Of a stretch of DNA of 24,000 nucleotides, positions 15,636 through 24,000 are shown piece after piece. The notes beneath the pieces were generated by a model. It was given only the letters and a program-made list of their open reading frames with translations, was not told where the DNA came from and did not search any database. This DNA comes from Candidatus Heimdallarchaeota archaeon (lineage in GTDB: Archaea; Asgardarchaeota; Heimdallarchaeia; Heimdallarchaeales; Heimdallarchaeaceae), in the NCBI GenBank assembly GCA_021399345.1, contig JAAFKI010000175.1, positions 36,453-60,452 of the forward strand, written 5' to 3'. Positions within the stretch are counted from its first letter, which is position 1. Every line of letters begins with the position of its first letter. The translations under genes and the position numbers were made by a program.

Positions 15636-16403
15636 ATGGGTATGTATAAAGATCTTGAAGGGAAAAGAGTTGTTGTTACTGGGGGGGCCAGTGGTATTGG
15701 ATTGGCAACTGCCCAACGATTTGTTAATGAAGGTTCAAAGGTTGTTATCATTGATTGGAATAAAGAAGAGTTAACCAAAGTTTTATCTCTTATTCCTGAA
15801 CTCAAAGGAGGGGAGTATGCTGATGTCAGTAATCCAGAAGATGTTAAACTTGCGTTTGAAAAAATAGATGAAATTCTGGGAGGTATTGATATTCTAATTT
15901 CAAATGCAGGAATAAGTTATCGCAACTCATTTTTGAAGATTGATTATGAACAATGGTCCAAAGTTCTTCGTGTAAATTTAGATGGGATGTTCCTTTGTTC
16001 CAAAGAAGCAATAACAAGAATGAAAAAACAACAATCAGGAGTTGTTTTGCTAACCGCTTCCACTAATGGAATTGAAGGACATCCTCTATATGCTGATTAT
16101 AATAGTTCAAAGGCAGGAGTTATCCTCCTAACCAAATCGTTAGCTCTAGAATTTGCTCCATGGTTACGAGTAAATGCCATCTGTCCAGGTTATGTTCTTA
16201 CGCCAATGCAAAAAGCAGAATATACACCTGAAATGTTGGAAGTGGTTAATTCAAAAATACCTTTGAACCGTCATGCAGCCCCAGAGGAAGTAGCTAATTT
16301 ATTCGCATTTTTATCCTCATCAGAAGCCGCATATATTACAGGACAATCAATAGCTATTGATGGTGGAGAAACAGCAGGACCATATACACCGCTAGACGAG
16401 TAA
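15636..16403 (+). CDS. Short-chain dehydrogenase/reductase (classical SDR)
   Basis: TGGASGIG cofactor motif, NAG, catalytic YNSSK. ATG at 15636 preferred over GTG at 15627. Confidence 0.9.
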   Translation: MGMYKDLEGKRVVVTGGASGIGLATAQRFVNEGSKVVIIDWNKEELTKVLSLIPELKGGEYADVSNPEDVKLAFEKIDEILGGIDILISNAGISYRNSFLKIDYEQWSKVLRVNLDGMFLCSKEAITRMKKQQSGVVLLTASTNGIEGHPLYADYNSSKAGVILLTKSLALEFAPWLRVNAICPGYVLTPMQKAEYTPEMLEVVNSKIPLNRHAAPEEVANLFAFLSSSEAAYITGQSIAIDGGETAGPYTPLDE

Positions 16404-16445
16404 TTTAGTAAATTATTGGATAAAAGCAAAAAGGAAGTAAAACTC

Positions 16446-17237
16446 ATGAACAATAAAAACAATCGGATTTCAAACATGGTTTCTTTGGAGGGTAAAATTG
16501 CACTTATTACAGGTGCAGCATCTGGCATCGGGTTAGCAACTGCAAAATTACTTGCAGAAGCAGGTGCTATTGTGGCATTACTTGACATTAATGAAATGGA
16601 TGGTATTAATGCTGCTAATCAGATTAAGGAGTCAGGAGGAAAAGCTAAGTTCTTCTTATGTGATGTAACTTCTGATTCTGATTGTAAGAAAACTGTTGAA
16701 ACAATTCATGAAGAATATGGGAAACTTAATATTCTTTTCAACAACGCAGGTGTGATTCGTCGAAAAACTGTTCTAAATTTAGAGGAAGAAGATTGGGATT
16801 TAACAATTGATGTTAACTTGAAGTCGATTTATTTGCTTTCTCGGCAGGTTATCCCTATTATGATTAAAGGTAACGGGGGGAGTATTATCAACAATGGATC
16901 TGGCTGGGGTATAAAAGGCGGATCTGATGCAGTGGCTTACTGTGCAGCAAAAGGAGGTGTTGTAAATATGACTCGAGCTATGGCAATTGATCATGGTAAA
17001 CATGGGATCAGAGTCAACTGTGTATGCCCTGGGGATATTGATACTCCACTCTTGCGAGGAGAAGCAAAACAATTAGGTGTTGATGATGAAGAGTTCATGC
17101 GAGAAGCTGCTGATCGACCTCTTAATCGTGTAGGTAAACCATTAGACGTAGCTAAAACAGTTCTCTATCTTGCTAGTGACCTTTCAAGCTGGGTAACTGG
17201 TACTTCCATAATTGTTGATGGTGGGGGTTTAGCTTAA
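16446..17237 (+). CDS. Short-chain dehydrogenase/reductase (classical SDR), second copy
   Basis: TGAASGIG, NNAG, catalytic YCAAK. ATG at 16446 preferred over TTG at 16416; ATG at 16476 is also possible. Confidence 0.9.
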   Translation: MNNKNNRISNMVSLEGKIALITGAASGIGLATAKLLAEAGAIVALLDINEMDGINAANQIKESGGKAKFFLCDVTSDSDCKKTVETIHEEYGKLNILFNNAGVIRRKTVLNLEEEDWDLTIDVNLKSIYLLSRQVIPIMIKGNGGSIINNGSGWGIKGGSDAVAYCAAKGGVVNMTRAMAIDHGKHGIRVNCVCPGDIDTPLLRGEAKQLGVDDEEFMREAADRPLNRVGKPLDVAKTVLYLASDLSSWVTGTSIIVDGGGLA

Positions 17238-17286
17238 TTTGAATTTCAAAAAAATCACATACTCGTTTATGTTGGAGGTATAATTT

Positions 17287-18699
17287 ATGAATAAAAAGAG
17301 AAATTTGGTTCACCCTTACATTCCAAATTCCGTTCCAGAAATAAAGAAACAAATGTTGGAAGAAATTGGTGTTAAGGATATTGACACCCTATATGAGGAC
17401 ATCCCAGAGGATTTGAGATTTACAGGTGAGATGAATTTACCAGATCCCCTTCCTTCAGAATATGCTTTAGAAAGGCATGTTAGTCAACTATTAGCAAAAA
17501 ATCAAACATGTCAAGAAAATCTTAGTTTCTTAGGAGGAGATTGTTGGCAACATTATGTTCCTGCAATATGTGATGAAATCAATCAACGCGCGGAATTTTT
17601 AACCGCTTATGCAGGTGAGCCCTATGAAGATCATGGAAGATTTCAAACACTTTTCGAATATGCTAGTATGATGGGAGAACTTCTAGATATGGATGTTGTA
17701 AATGTACCAACATATGATTGGGGGCAAGCTGCTAGTACTTCTATAAGAATGGCTGCAAGAATTACAAAACGCACTGAAGTATTAGTTGCAGAATCAATCT
17801 CACCAGATAGGTTGTTAATAATCAGAAATTACTGCAAGCCAATTATAAAAATTGAATTGGTCAAATATGATAAAAAAACTGGAAAACTTGATATTGATGA
17901 TTTAAAAGCAAAAATATCATCTAATACAGCAGGTATCTATTTTGAGAATCCTTCATATCTTGGTTGTATAGAAGATCAAGGTAAGATTATCTCAGATATT
18001 GCTCATACACATGGTGCATTAAGTCTTATTGGAGTTGATCCAATTTCTTTGGGAATATTGATTCCTCCAAGTAACTATGGAGCAGATATTGTTTGTGGAG
18101 ACATCCAAGGACTAGGTATGCATATGCAATATGGTGGAAGTCTTGCAGGTTTTATTGCGACTAGGGATGAAGAAAGATTTGTGATGGAGTATCCTTCGCG
18201 TCTTTTTGGGATAACTACTACAGCTGTTGAGGGTGAGCATGGTTTTGGTGATGTAACTTATGACCGAACATCCTTTCATGATAGAATTGAAGGCAAGGAG
18301 TTCATTGGTACAGCAACTGCTTTGTGGGGGATTACTGCAGGTGTGTATTTGGCGCTAGTTGGACCACAGGGCATTCAAGAATTAGGAAAATTAATCATGC
18401 AAAAGTCACAATATGCTATGAAGAAACTTTCAGAGATTGAAGGAGTAAGCATTCCATTCTTTACGTCATCTCACTTCAAAGAATTTGTTGTAGACTTTAG
18501 TACCTCTAGTAAAATGGTTAAAGAAGTGAATAAAGCTTTACTAGAAGAAGGAATTTTTGGTGGAAAAGATATTTCAAAGGAGTTTCCAGAATTGGGGAAC
18601 TGTGCTGTTTATTGTATTACTGAGATTCATACCAAGGAAGATATTGATAGACTTGTCCATGCGGTGGATGAATGTTTGAAAAAGGAGGAACCAAAATGA
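17287..18699 (+). CDS. gcvPA: Glycine dehydrogenase (decarboxylating) subunit 1, glycine-cleavage P protein alpha
   Basis: N-terminus HPYIPNSVPEIKKQMLEEIGVKDIDTLYEDIP and the length are typical of GcvPA. GGAGG lies upstream of the ATG. Confidence 0.9.
   Translation: MNKKRNLVHPYIPNSVPEIKKQMLEEIGVKDIDTLYEDIPEDLRFTGEMNLPDPLPSEYALERHVSQLLAKNQTCQENLSFLGGDCWQHYVPAICDEINQRAEFLTAYAGEPYEDHGRFQTLFEYASMMGELLDMDVVNVPTYDWGQAASTSIRMAARITKRTEVLVAESISPDRLLIIRNYCKPIIKIELVKYDKKTGKLDIDDLKAKISSNTAGIYFENPSYLGCIEDQGKIISDIAHTHGALSLIGVDPISLGILIPPSNYGADIVCGDIQGLGMHMQYGGSLAGFIATRDEERFVMEYPSRLFGITTTAVEGEHGFGDVTYDRTSFHDRIEGKEFIGTATALWGITAGVYLALVGPQGIQELGKLIMQKSQYAMKKLSEIEGVSIPFFTSSHFKEFVVDFSTSSKMVKEVNKALLEEGIFGGKDISKEFPELGNCAVYCITEIHTKEDIDRLVHAVDECLKKEEPK
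18681..18690 (+). promoter_or_regulatory. Internal Shine-Dalgarno for gcvPB, with ATGA stop/start overlap
   Basis: aaaGGAGGaa sits 6-8 nt before the ATG at 18696. That ATG overlaps the gcvPA TGA (18697-18699). Confidence 0.6.
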
Positions 18700-20246
18700 G
18701 CAGGAAAAACAAAGTAAGAAATTTCCACCAAGCTAAATGGGATGAACCAGTAATTTTTGAATTAAGTAACAAAGGAGAACGGGGTATTCTATTTCCTGAG
18801 ATTGAGAAAGAGATAGAAATGGATATTGGTGATGGAATCTCTAATTTACCCAAAAATATGGTAAGAGAACAACCTCCTAATCTACCAGAGCTTTCTCAAA
18901 TGCAAGTCCTAAAACACTATCTTCGATTATCACAGCAAACCCTAGGAGCTGATTTGAATGTTGATATCGGCCAAGGAACATGTACGATGAAATATAGTCC
19001 AAAAATAAATGAAAAATTAGCTACATCTTCAAAGTTTACTGAACTTCATCCATCACAAGATGAAACCACTGTTCAAGGAATTCTAGAAATAATCTATAAA
19101 CTAGACTTATTTTTGAGGGAAATTTCAGGTTTAGACAAATTTACATTTCAACCAAGTGGGGGAAGCCAAGCAATATACACTATTGCTTCTATTATTCATG
19201 CTCACCATGAAGCATCAGGTGAATCAGAAAAACGTGATGAGATTATTACTACGATGTTTTCCCATCCTTCAGATTCTGCAGCACCAATTGTTAAAGGTTA
19301 CAAAATTATAAATATTTATCCAAATGAAGATGGCTTACCTGCTGTTGAAGCTTTAGAGAAAGCTGTTTCTAATCGTACTGCAGGACTATTAATCACCAAC
19401 CCAGAAGATACAGGAATTTTTAATCCTAAAATAAGAGAATTTACACGAATTGTCCACGAGGTTGGAGGAGTGTGTGGTTATGATCAAGCTAATGCTAATG
19501 GAATTTTAGGTATTACTAGAGCAAAAGAAGCAGGATTTGACCTTTGTTTCTTTAACCTACACAAGACCTTTTCTTCTCCTCATGGGTGTGGTGGCCCAGC
19601 AGCTGGAGCTCTTGGTGTAACTGAAGAATTTATAAAATATCTACCAACTCCTTTAGTTGAATTTGATGAAAGTAAATACTTTTTCAATTACGACGTTCCC
19701 AGAAGCATAGGTAAAGTTAGAGCTTTTTATGGCGTAGTTCCAGCGATATTGAAAGCATATTCTTGGATTATGAGTTTAGGTAGTAAAGGATTAAAAGAAG
19801 TATCTGAAGTCGCTGTACTCAATAATAACTATCTATTAAAGAAGGTGTTAGAACTTCGTGGTGCAAATGCTCCTTATGCAGAGGGAAGACACCGAATTGA
19901 ACAAGTTCGTTATAGTTGGGATGAGCTTTACAGGGAAACTGGAGTTACAACAGAGGACATAACTTGTCGCATGGTTGACTTTGGCTTTCATATGTGGTCT
20001 AGTCATCATCCTTTCATTGTTCCTCAACCTTTTACTCTAGAACCTACTGAATCTTACTCCAAAGCTGAGATTGACGAATATATTGCTGGACTAAAGAAGG
20101 TTGTAGAAGAAGCGTATGAAAACCCAGAATTAGTCAAGACTGCTCCTCATAGAAGTGTTGTTCATAAAATTAATACAGATTCATTGAATGATCCTGCTAG
20201 ATGGGCTATTACTTGGAGAGCATACTTAAAGAAAAGTAAAAAGTAA
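18696..20246 (+). CDS. gcvPB: Glycine dehydrogenase (decarboxylating) subunit 2, P protein beta
   Basis: PLP-lysine block FNLHKTFSSPHGCGGPAAG (cf. NLHKTF..PHGGGGPG). Start at the ATG coupled to the gcvPA stop. Confidence 0.9.
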   Translation: MSRKNKVRNFHQAKWDEPVIFELSNKGERGILFPEIEKEIEMDIGDGISNLPKNMVREQPPNLPELSQMQVLKHYLRLSQQTLGADLNVDIGQGTCTMKYSPKINEKLATSSKFTELHPSQDETTVQGILEIIYKLDLFLREISGLDKFTFQPSGGSQAIYTIASIIHAHHEASGESEKRDEIITTMFSHPSDSAAPIVKGYKIINIYPNEDGLPAVEALEKAVSNRTAGLLITNPEDTGIFNPKIREFTRIVHEVGGVCGYDQANANGILGITRAKEAGFDLCFFNLHKTFSSPHGCGGPAAGALGVTEEFIKYLPTPLVEFDESKYFFNYDVPRSIGKVRAFYGVVPAILKAYSWIMSLGSKGLKEVSEVAVLNNNYLLKKVLELRGANAPYAEGRHRIEQVRYSWDELYRETGVTTEDITCRMVDFGFHMWSSHHPFIVPQPFTLEPTESYSKAEIDEYIAGLKKVVEEAYENPELVKTAPHRSVVHKINTDSLNDPARWAITWRAYLKKSKK

Positions 20247-20268
20247 GAATTACAAAAGATGATTTGAG

Positions 20269-21384
20269 ATGAAAAAAGTAGGTTTAATTGTAAACCCCAT
20301 TGCAGGTATGGGGGGTAAAGTTGGACTTAAAGGAACTGATGGGCAAGCCATCTTGGCAGAAGCCAAACGTATGGGAGCAGAACAAGTATCTCCTCAGCGT
20401 ACTGTTAAAGCATTAGAAAGACTTATTCCACTCAAGAATGCAATTGAAATCATTACCTATCCTCAAGAGATGGGAGAAGAAGTAGCAAATCAATGTGGTT
20501 TTAATCCTAAGGTTATAGGTTCCATTACTCAAGGAATGACTTCATCAGATGACACTAAACAGGCATGTAAAGATTTGCTTAAGATGAAAATCGACCTTTT
20601 ACTTTTTGCTGGAGGGGATGGAACTGCAAGAGACATTTACAATTCAATTGGAAATGAAATTGTAGTACTAGGTATTCCAACTGGTGTTAAAATGCATTCA
20701 TCTGTTTTTACCTACAATCCAATGAGAGCCGGAGACTTAGCAATGATTTACCTTCAAGGAAAAGTGAAAGAGCTAAAAGAAGCTGAAGTTATGGATGTTG
20801 ATGAAGAAGCATTTAGAAATGGGTTTGTATCTGCAAAACTATACGGTTACTTGAGGATTCCATTTGGGAAAAGATATACTCAAGGATTAAAAGCAGGGAG
20901 TCCTCCAACTGAAAAATATTCTCAAGAGGCGATAGCTCAAAAAATTATAGATGATATGGAGAACGATTGTTTCTATATTATTGGACCAGGCACTACTACC
21001 AGAACTATCATGGAAAAATTAAACCTTGATTTTACTCTGTTAGGTGTAGACCTTCTTTATAGAAAGAAATTGATAGAAGAAGACCTTAATGAGAAAAAAT
21101 TGCTGGAACATATAAAAGGAAAGAAAGCAAAATTAGTCATTACTCCTATTGGGGGGCAAGGTTTCTTATTTGGTAGAGGTAATCAACAATTAAGTCCAAA
21201 TGTGATTAAGGAAGTTGGAAAAGATAACATTATTGTAATAGCTACAAGCCATAAAATCAATTCATTAAATGGCCATCCGTTTTTAATAGATTCAGGAAAT
21301 ACCGAGCTAGATCGGTTATTGAGTGGTTATGTTATTGTCATTACTGGATATCAAGAAAGTGTTGTTTATAGAGTAATTTCGTGA
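20269..21384 (+). CDS. ATP-NAD kinase-like protein (COG3199 / AcoX-like family), function unknown
   Basis: N-terminus GLIVNPIAGMGGKVGLKGTDG and the GGDGTARD motif (NAD kinase/diacylglycerol kinase GGDGT). Family assignment is from memory of the motif pattern. Confidence 0.7.
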   Translation: MKKVGLIVNPIAGMGGKVGLKGTDGQAILAEAKRMGAEQVSPQRTVKALERLIPLKNAIEIITYPQEMGEEVANQCGFNPKVIGSITQGMTSSDDTKQACKDLLKMKIDLLLFAGGDGTARDIYNSIGNEIVVLGIPTGVKMHSSVFTYNPMRAGDLAMIYLQGKVKELKEAEVMDVDEEAFRNGFVSAKLYGYLRIPFGKRYTQGLKAGSPPTEKYSQEAIAQKIIDDMENDCFYIIGPGTTTRTIMEKLNLDFTLLGVDLLYRKKLIEEDLNEKKLLEHIKGKKAKLVITPIGGQGFLFGRGNQQLSPNVIKEVGKDNIIVIATSHKINSLNGHPFLIDSGNTELDRLLSGYVIVITGYQESVVYRVIS

Positions 21385-21456
21385 AAAACTGTCTTAACAC
21401 CCTGTCCTTTATGTTTCTATGAGTTTAAATACTGATTTCAAGTTAATATTAGTAAG

Positions 21457-22407
21457 ATGTCCCGTTATGCAACGTTGCTTTTACTTCTAAAACACATGGG
21501 ATTTGTTAATGGGAGAGTACAGTTTCAAAAATTAATCTTCCTTTTGGAAAAAAATTATCATATTAAGACAGAATATGACTTTATTCCGTTCAAATTTGGT
21601 CCTTACTGCCAAGTTGTACAACAGGATATCCAACACCTTATTGATTATGGGTATATAGAACACGAGGAAGTCGAAAAAACAGGTTCAGAAGTTCTCCATC
21701 GTTATCAAATTACTGAATATGGTGAGCAATACTTGTTAGAAAACGATTTTGGTGAGATATATGACCAAGTTATTCAAGATCTTTGTTATGATTTCAAGAA
21801 TTACAGCTTACGTCAATTGATTGAATATGTTTATGATAATTATCCTGAGTTTACAACTCATTCACAAATCAAAGAAGAGTATTTCAATCTTAAACCAAAA
21901 CAAGAAGATTTTACTTCTGCAGATAAACTTCTAGAAAGGAAACCGATTATAACTCCTTCTTTCGTTAAATGGCTAGATGAAGAGATTAAAGAAACTACTA
22001 AAAAGTTAGAGGTTTCTGATGTCCCCATTGAAGAAAAAGCAGATGAACTTCTAATAGATGATTTAGTCATTGAAATGTTAGATATTGCTTATGAAGACGT
22101 TGCAACAAAAGCACAGGAAATATCTACAAAAATCATGCTAGAGAGTTATGCGGAGTCAGGCGATATCAATAATAAGATTTATTTCATTTTAGAAATTCTT
22201 GAAACTCTGTTAAGTACTCTTCAAGAAAAGGACATCATTGGTATTTATACAGAGTTTTCAAATACTAAAACCAATATTCAAATGCTTGATGAACTAATTG
22301 CATTGCATAGGACATCACTAAAATCAGATCTTGTAAGACTATTATTCGAATTTATTGAGGATGTGGGATTTTTCTTAGATAGTATTGATAGTATAATATC
22401 ACTCTAA
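21457..22407 (+). CDS. YwgA / SocA-Panacea (DUF4065)-like winged-helix N-terminal domain fused to a roughly 180-aa acidic helical domain of unknown function
   Basis: GRVQFQKLIFLLEKNYHIKTEYDFIPFKFGPYCQVVQQDIQHLIDYGYIE...YQITEYGEQYL fits the pattern (K)LQKL.y......f.f..y.yGPy + wHTH wing. The C-terminal half is D/E/I/L-rich with no motif I recognise. Own TATA-like box (gtttaaata) about 35 nt upstream. Confidence 0.45.
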   Translation: MSRYATLLLLLKHMGFVNGRVQFQKLIFLLEKNYHIKTEYDFIPFKFGPYCQVVQQDIQHLIDYGYIEHEEVEKTGSEVLHRYQITEYGEQYLLENDFGEIYDQVIQDLCYDFKNYSLRQLIEYVYDNYPEFTTHSQIKEEYFNLKPKQEDFTSADKLLERKPIITPSFVKWLDEEIKETTKKLEVSDVPIEEKADELLIDDLVIEMLDIAYEDVATKAQEISTKIMLESYAESGDINNKIYFILEILETLLSTLQEKDIIGIYTEFSNTKTNIQMLDELIALHRTSLKSDLVRLLFEFIEDVGFFLDSIDSIISL

Positions 22408-22440
22408 AAGTATATAAAAAAAGAAGAAAAAAGAAGAATG

Positions 22441-24000
22441 TTAGTTCTTCAGTGTAGTGCGAGCTGCAGCAAGACGAGCTATTGGCACTCTAAATGGACT
22501 GCAAGATACATAGTCTAAACCAATTCTGTAACAGAAATCTATAGATTGTGGATCCCCGCCCTGTTCACCACATATGCCAAGTTCAAGGTCTGGGTTTGCC
22601 TCTTTTCCTTCATCTACAGTCATCTTCATCAGACGACCTACACCTGTTTCTTCAATTGAAACAAATGGATCAGACTCAAGAATACCCATTTCCATATATT
22701 TTGAGATAAATGAACCAGCATCATCTCTACTAAAACCTAATGCCATTTGATGAAGATCATTTGTTCCAAAACTAAAGAATTGAGCACCTTTGTCTCCACC
22801 TGCAATTTCACTGCTTGTCAAAGCTGCTCTTGGTACTTCAATCATTGTTCCAACAAGATACTTAAATTCAATACCTTCTTCTTGCATCACTTCCTTGGCA
22901 ACACGGTCAATAATTGTTCTTTGATGTTCGAATTCTTTTTGGAATCCTACAAGAGGAACCATTACCTCAGGAAATACTTTTTTACCACTTTTGATAACTT
23001 TAGCAGCTGCTTTGAATATTGCACGAGATTGCATTTCTGTAACAATTGGCATAGTAATTCCGAGTCTGCAACCTCTCAGACCGAGCATAGGATTTTGTTC
23101 TTTCATTTCTCTTACAACTTCTAGCATATCAGCTGTTTCCTTGAAATCTTCATCCTTCTTACCTGCTAGTTTTGCTTCAAAAATCTCAGTCATTAATTCT
23201 TCTTCACTTGGCAAGAATTCATGTAGAGGAGGATCAATCAAACGTATAATAACAGGATAACCTTTTGAAACGTCAAATATACCTCTAAAATCTTCTTCTT
23301 GAACAGGCTCTAATTGATCAACATAGTGTTTTCTTTTTTCGTCATTTTTGGCTAAAATCATACCCCTGACTAAATCAAGATTATCAAAGAACATGTGTTC
23401 TGTTCTACATAAGCCTATACCCTTCGCTCCAAACTCTAAAGCTTTTATGAACTGATCAGGTTTATCAGCATTAGCTTTCACACCAATTTTAGCGGCTTCA
23501 TCACACCAATCCAAAATAGTTTTCATTGATTCTGGTAATTCAGCGGGACGAGTGGGTAATTTGTCAGAATATATAGACCCATCATCACCATCTATAGTAA
23601 TCCAATCTCCTTCTCTAACTACTAAACCATTTGCAGTAAGTGCGCGTTTCTCCACATCAATAGATATTCCACCTTTTTCACTACCAACAATACAAGCTTT
23701 ACCTATTTGTCTAGCAACAATTGCAGCATGACTAGTTAGACCACCTTTCATTGTCAGAATACCTTCACTTGCAGCCATCCCATGGAAATCTTCAGGAGTG
23801 GTTTCAACTCTTACTAAGATCACATTTTGACCTTGTTCAGCAATTTCTTGTGCTCTATCTGCGTCAAAAATCGCTTTACCAGTTGCAGCAGCAGCACCGG
23901 CAGCTAACCCGGTACCAAGAAACTTATCCTTTACGTGTTCCTTAATTTGTTTTACTGGTGCATTTGGATCGATTTTACCCCAATCTATAGATGGGAACAA
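22441..24000 (-). CDS. ppdK: Pyruvate, phosphate dikinase, C-terminal about 519 aa; the N-terminus lies beyond the window
   Basis: Phosphohistidine loop GGLTSHAAIVARQIGK, RTEHMFF, FSFGTNDL, GICGEQGGDP. The ORF is open to base 24000; the 'M' in the track is an edge artefact (TTG). Confidence 0.95.
   Translation of the reverse strand: MFPSIDWGKIDPNAPVKQIKEHVKDKFLGTGLAAGAAAATGKAIFDADRAQEIAEQGQNVILVRVETTPEDFHGMAASEGILTMKGGLTSHAAIVARQIGKACIVGSEKGGISIDVEKRALTANGLVVREGDWITIDGDDGSIYSDKLPTRPAELPESMKTILDWCDEAAKIGVKANADKPDQFIKALEFGAKGIGLCRTEHMFFDNLDLVRGMILAKNDEKRKHYVDQLEPVQEEDFRGIFDVSKGYPVIIRLIDPPLHEFLPSEEELMTEIFEAKLAGKKDEDFKETADMLEVVREMKEQNPMLGLRGCRLGITMPIVTEMQSRAIFKAAAKVIKSGKKVFPEVMVPLVGFQKEFEHQRTIIDRVAKEVMQEEGIEFKYLVGTMIEVPRAALTSSEIAGGDKGAQFFSFGTNDLHQMALGFSRDDAGSFISKYMEMGILESDPFVSIEETGVGRLMKMTVDEGKEANPDLELGICGEQGGDPQSIDFCYRIGLDYVSCSPFRVPIARLAAARTTLKN

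Overview
AT-rich archaeal chromosomal window. Evidence for an archaeal source: uS7 and uL16/L10e ribosomal proteins, a tRNA with a canonical bulge-helix-bulge intron, oligo-T terminators, and TATA-like boxes close to many start codons. A Rab-like small GTPase suggests an Asgard (Lokiarchaeia-like) source; this is inference and needs a database search. About 27 credible genes. Left to right: the 3' fragment of a TnpB (IS200/IS605) gene with a structured non-coding tail, Rab-like GTPase, HIT protein, GHMP sugar kinase coupled to an MtaD/DadD-like amidohydrolase, family-4 uracil-DNA glycosylase, phosphohexomutase, HAD-like hydrolase, UMF1/Atg22-like MFS transporter, a frameshifted alpha/beta hydrolase, cyclophilin, tRNA(CAU), a mini HNH nuclease with two small orphan ORFs, uL16 and uS7, a PAP2 membrane phosphatase, a five-gene SDR-SDR-gcvPA-gcvPB-NAD-kinase-like cluster, a YwgA/Panacea-like orphan protein, and the C-terminal part of pyruvate phosphate dikinase. 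No CRISPR array, rRNA or intact mobile element was seen. Best candidates for undescribed biology: (1) the tRNA-adjacent pair of a very basic HNH mini-nuclease and an acidic 84-aa ORF; (2) the orphan Panacea/YwgA-like protein with a long acidic C-terminal domain; (3) the glycine-decarboxylase P-subunit genes in a non-canonical SDR/AcoX-like operon; (4) a tandem-repeat acidic tail on ribosomal protein uL16; (5) the deaminase-GHMP kinase couple. All family calls rest on motif recognition by eye; no search was run.
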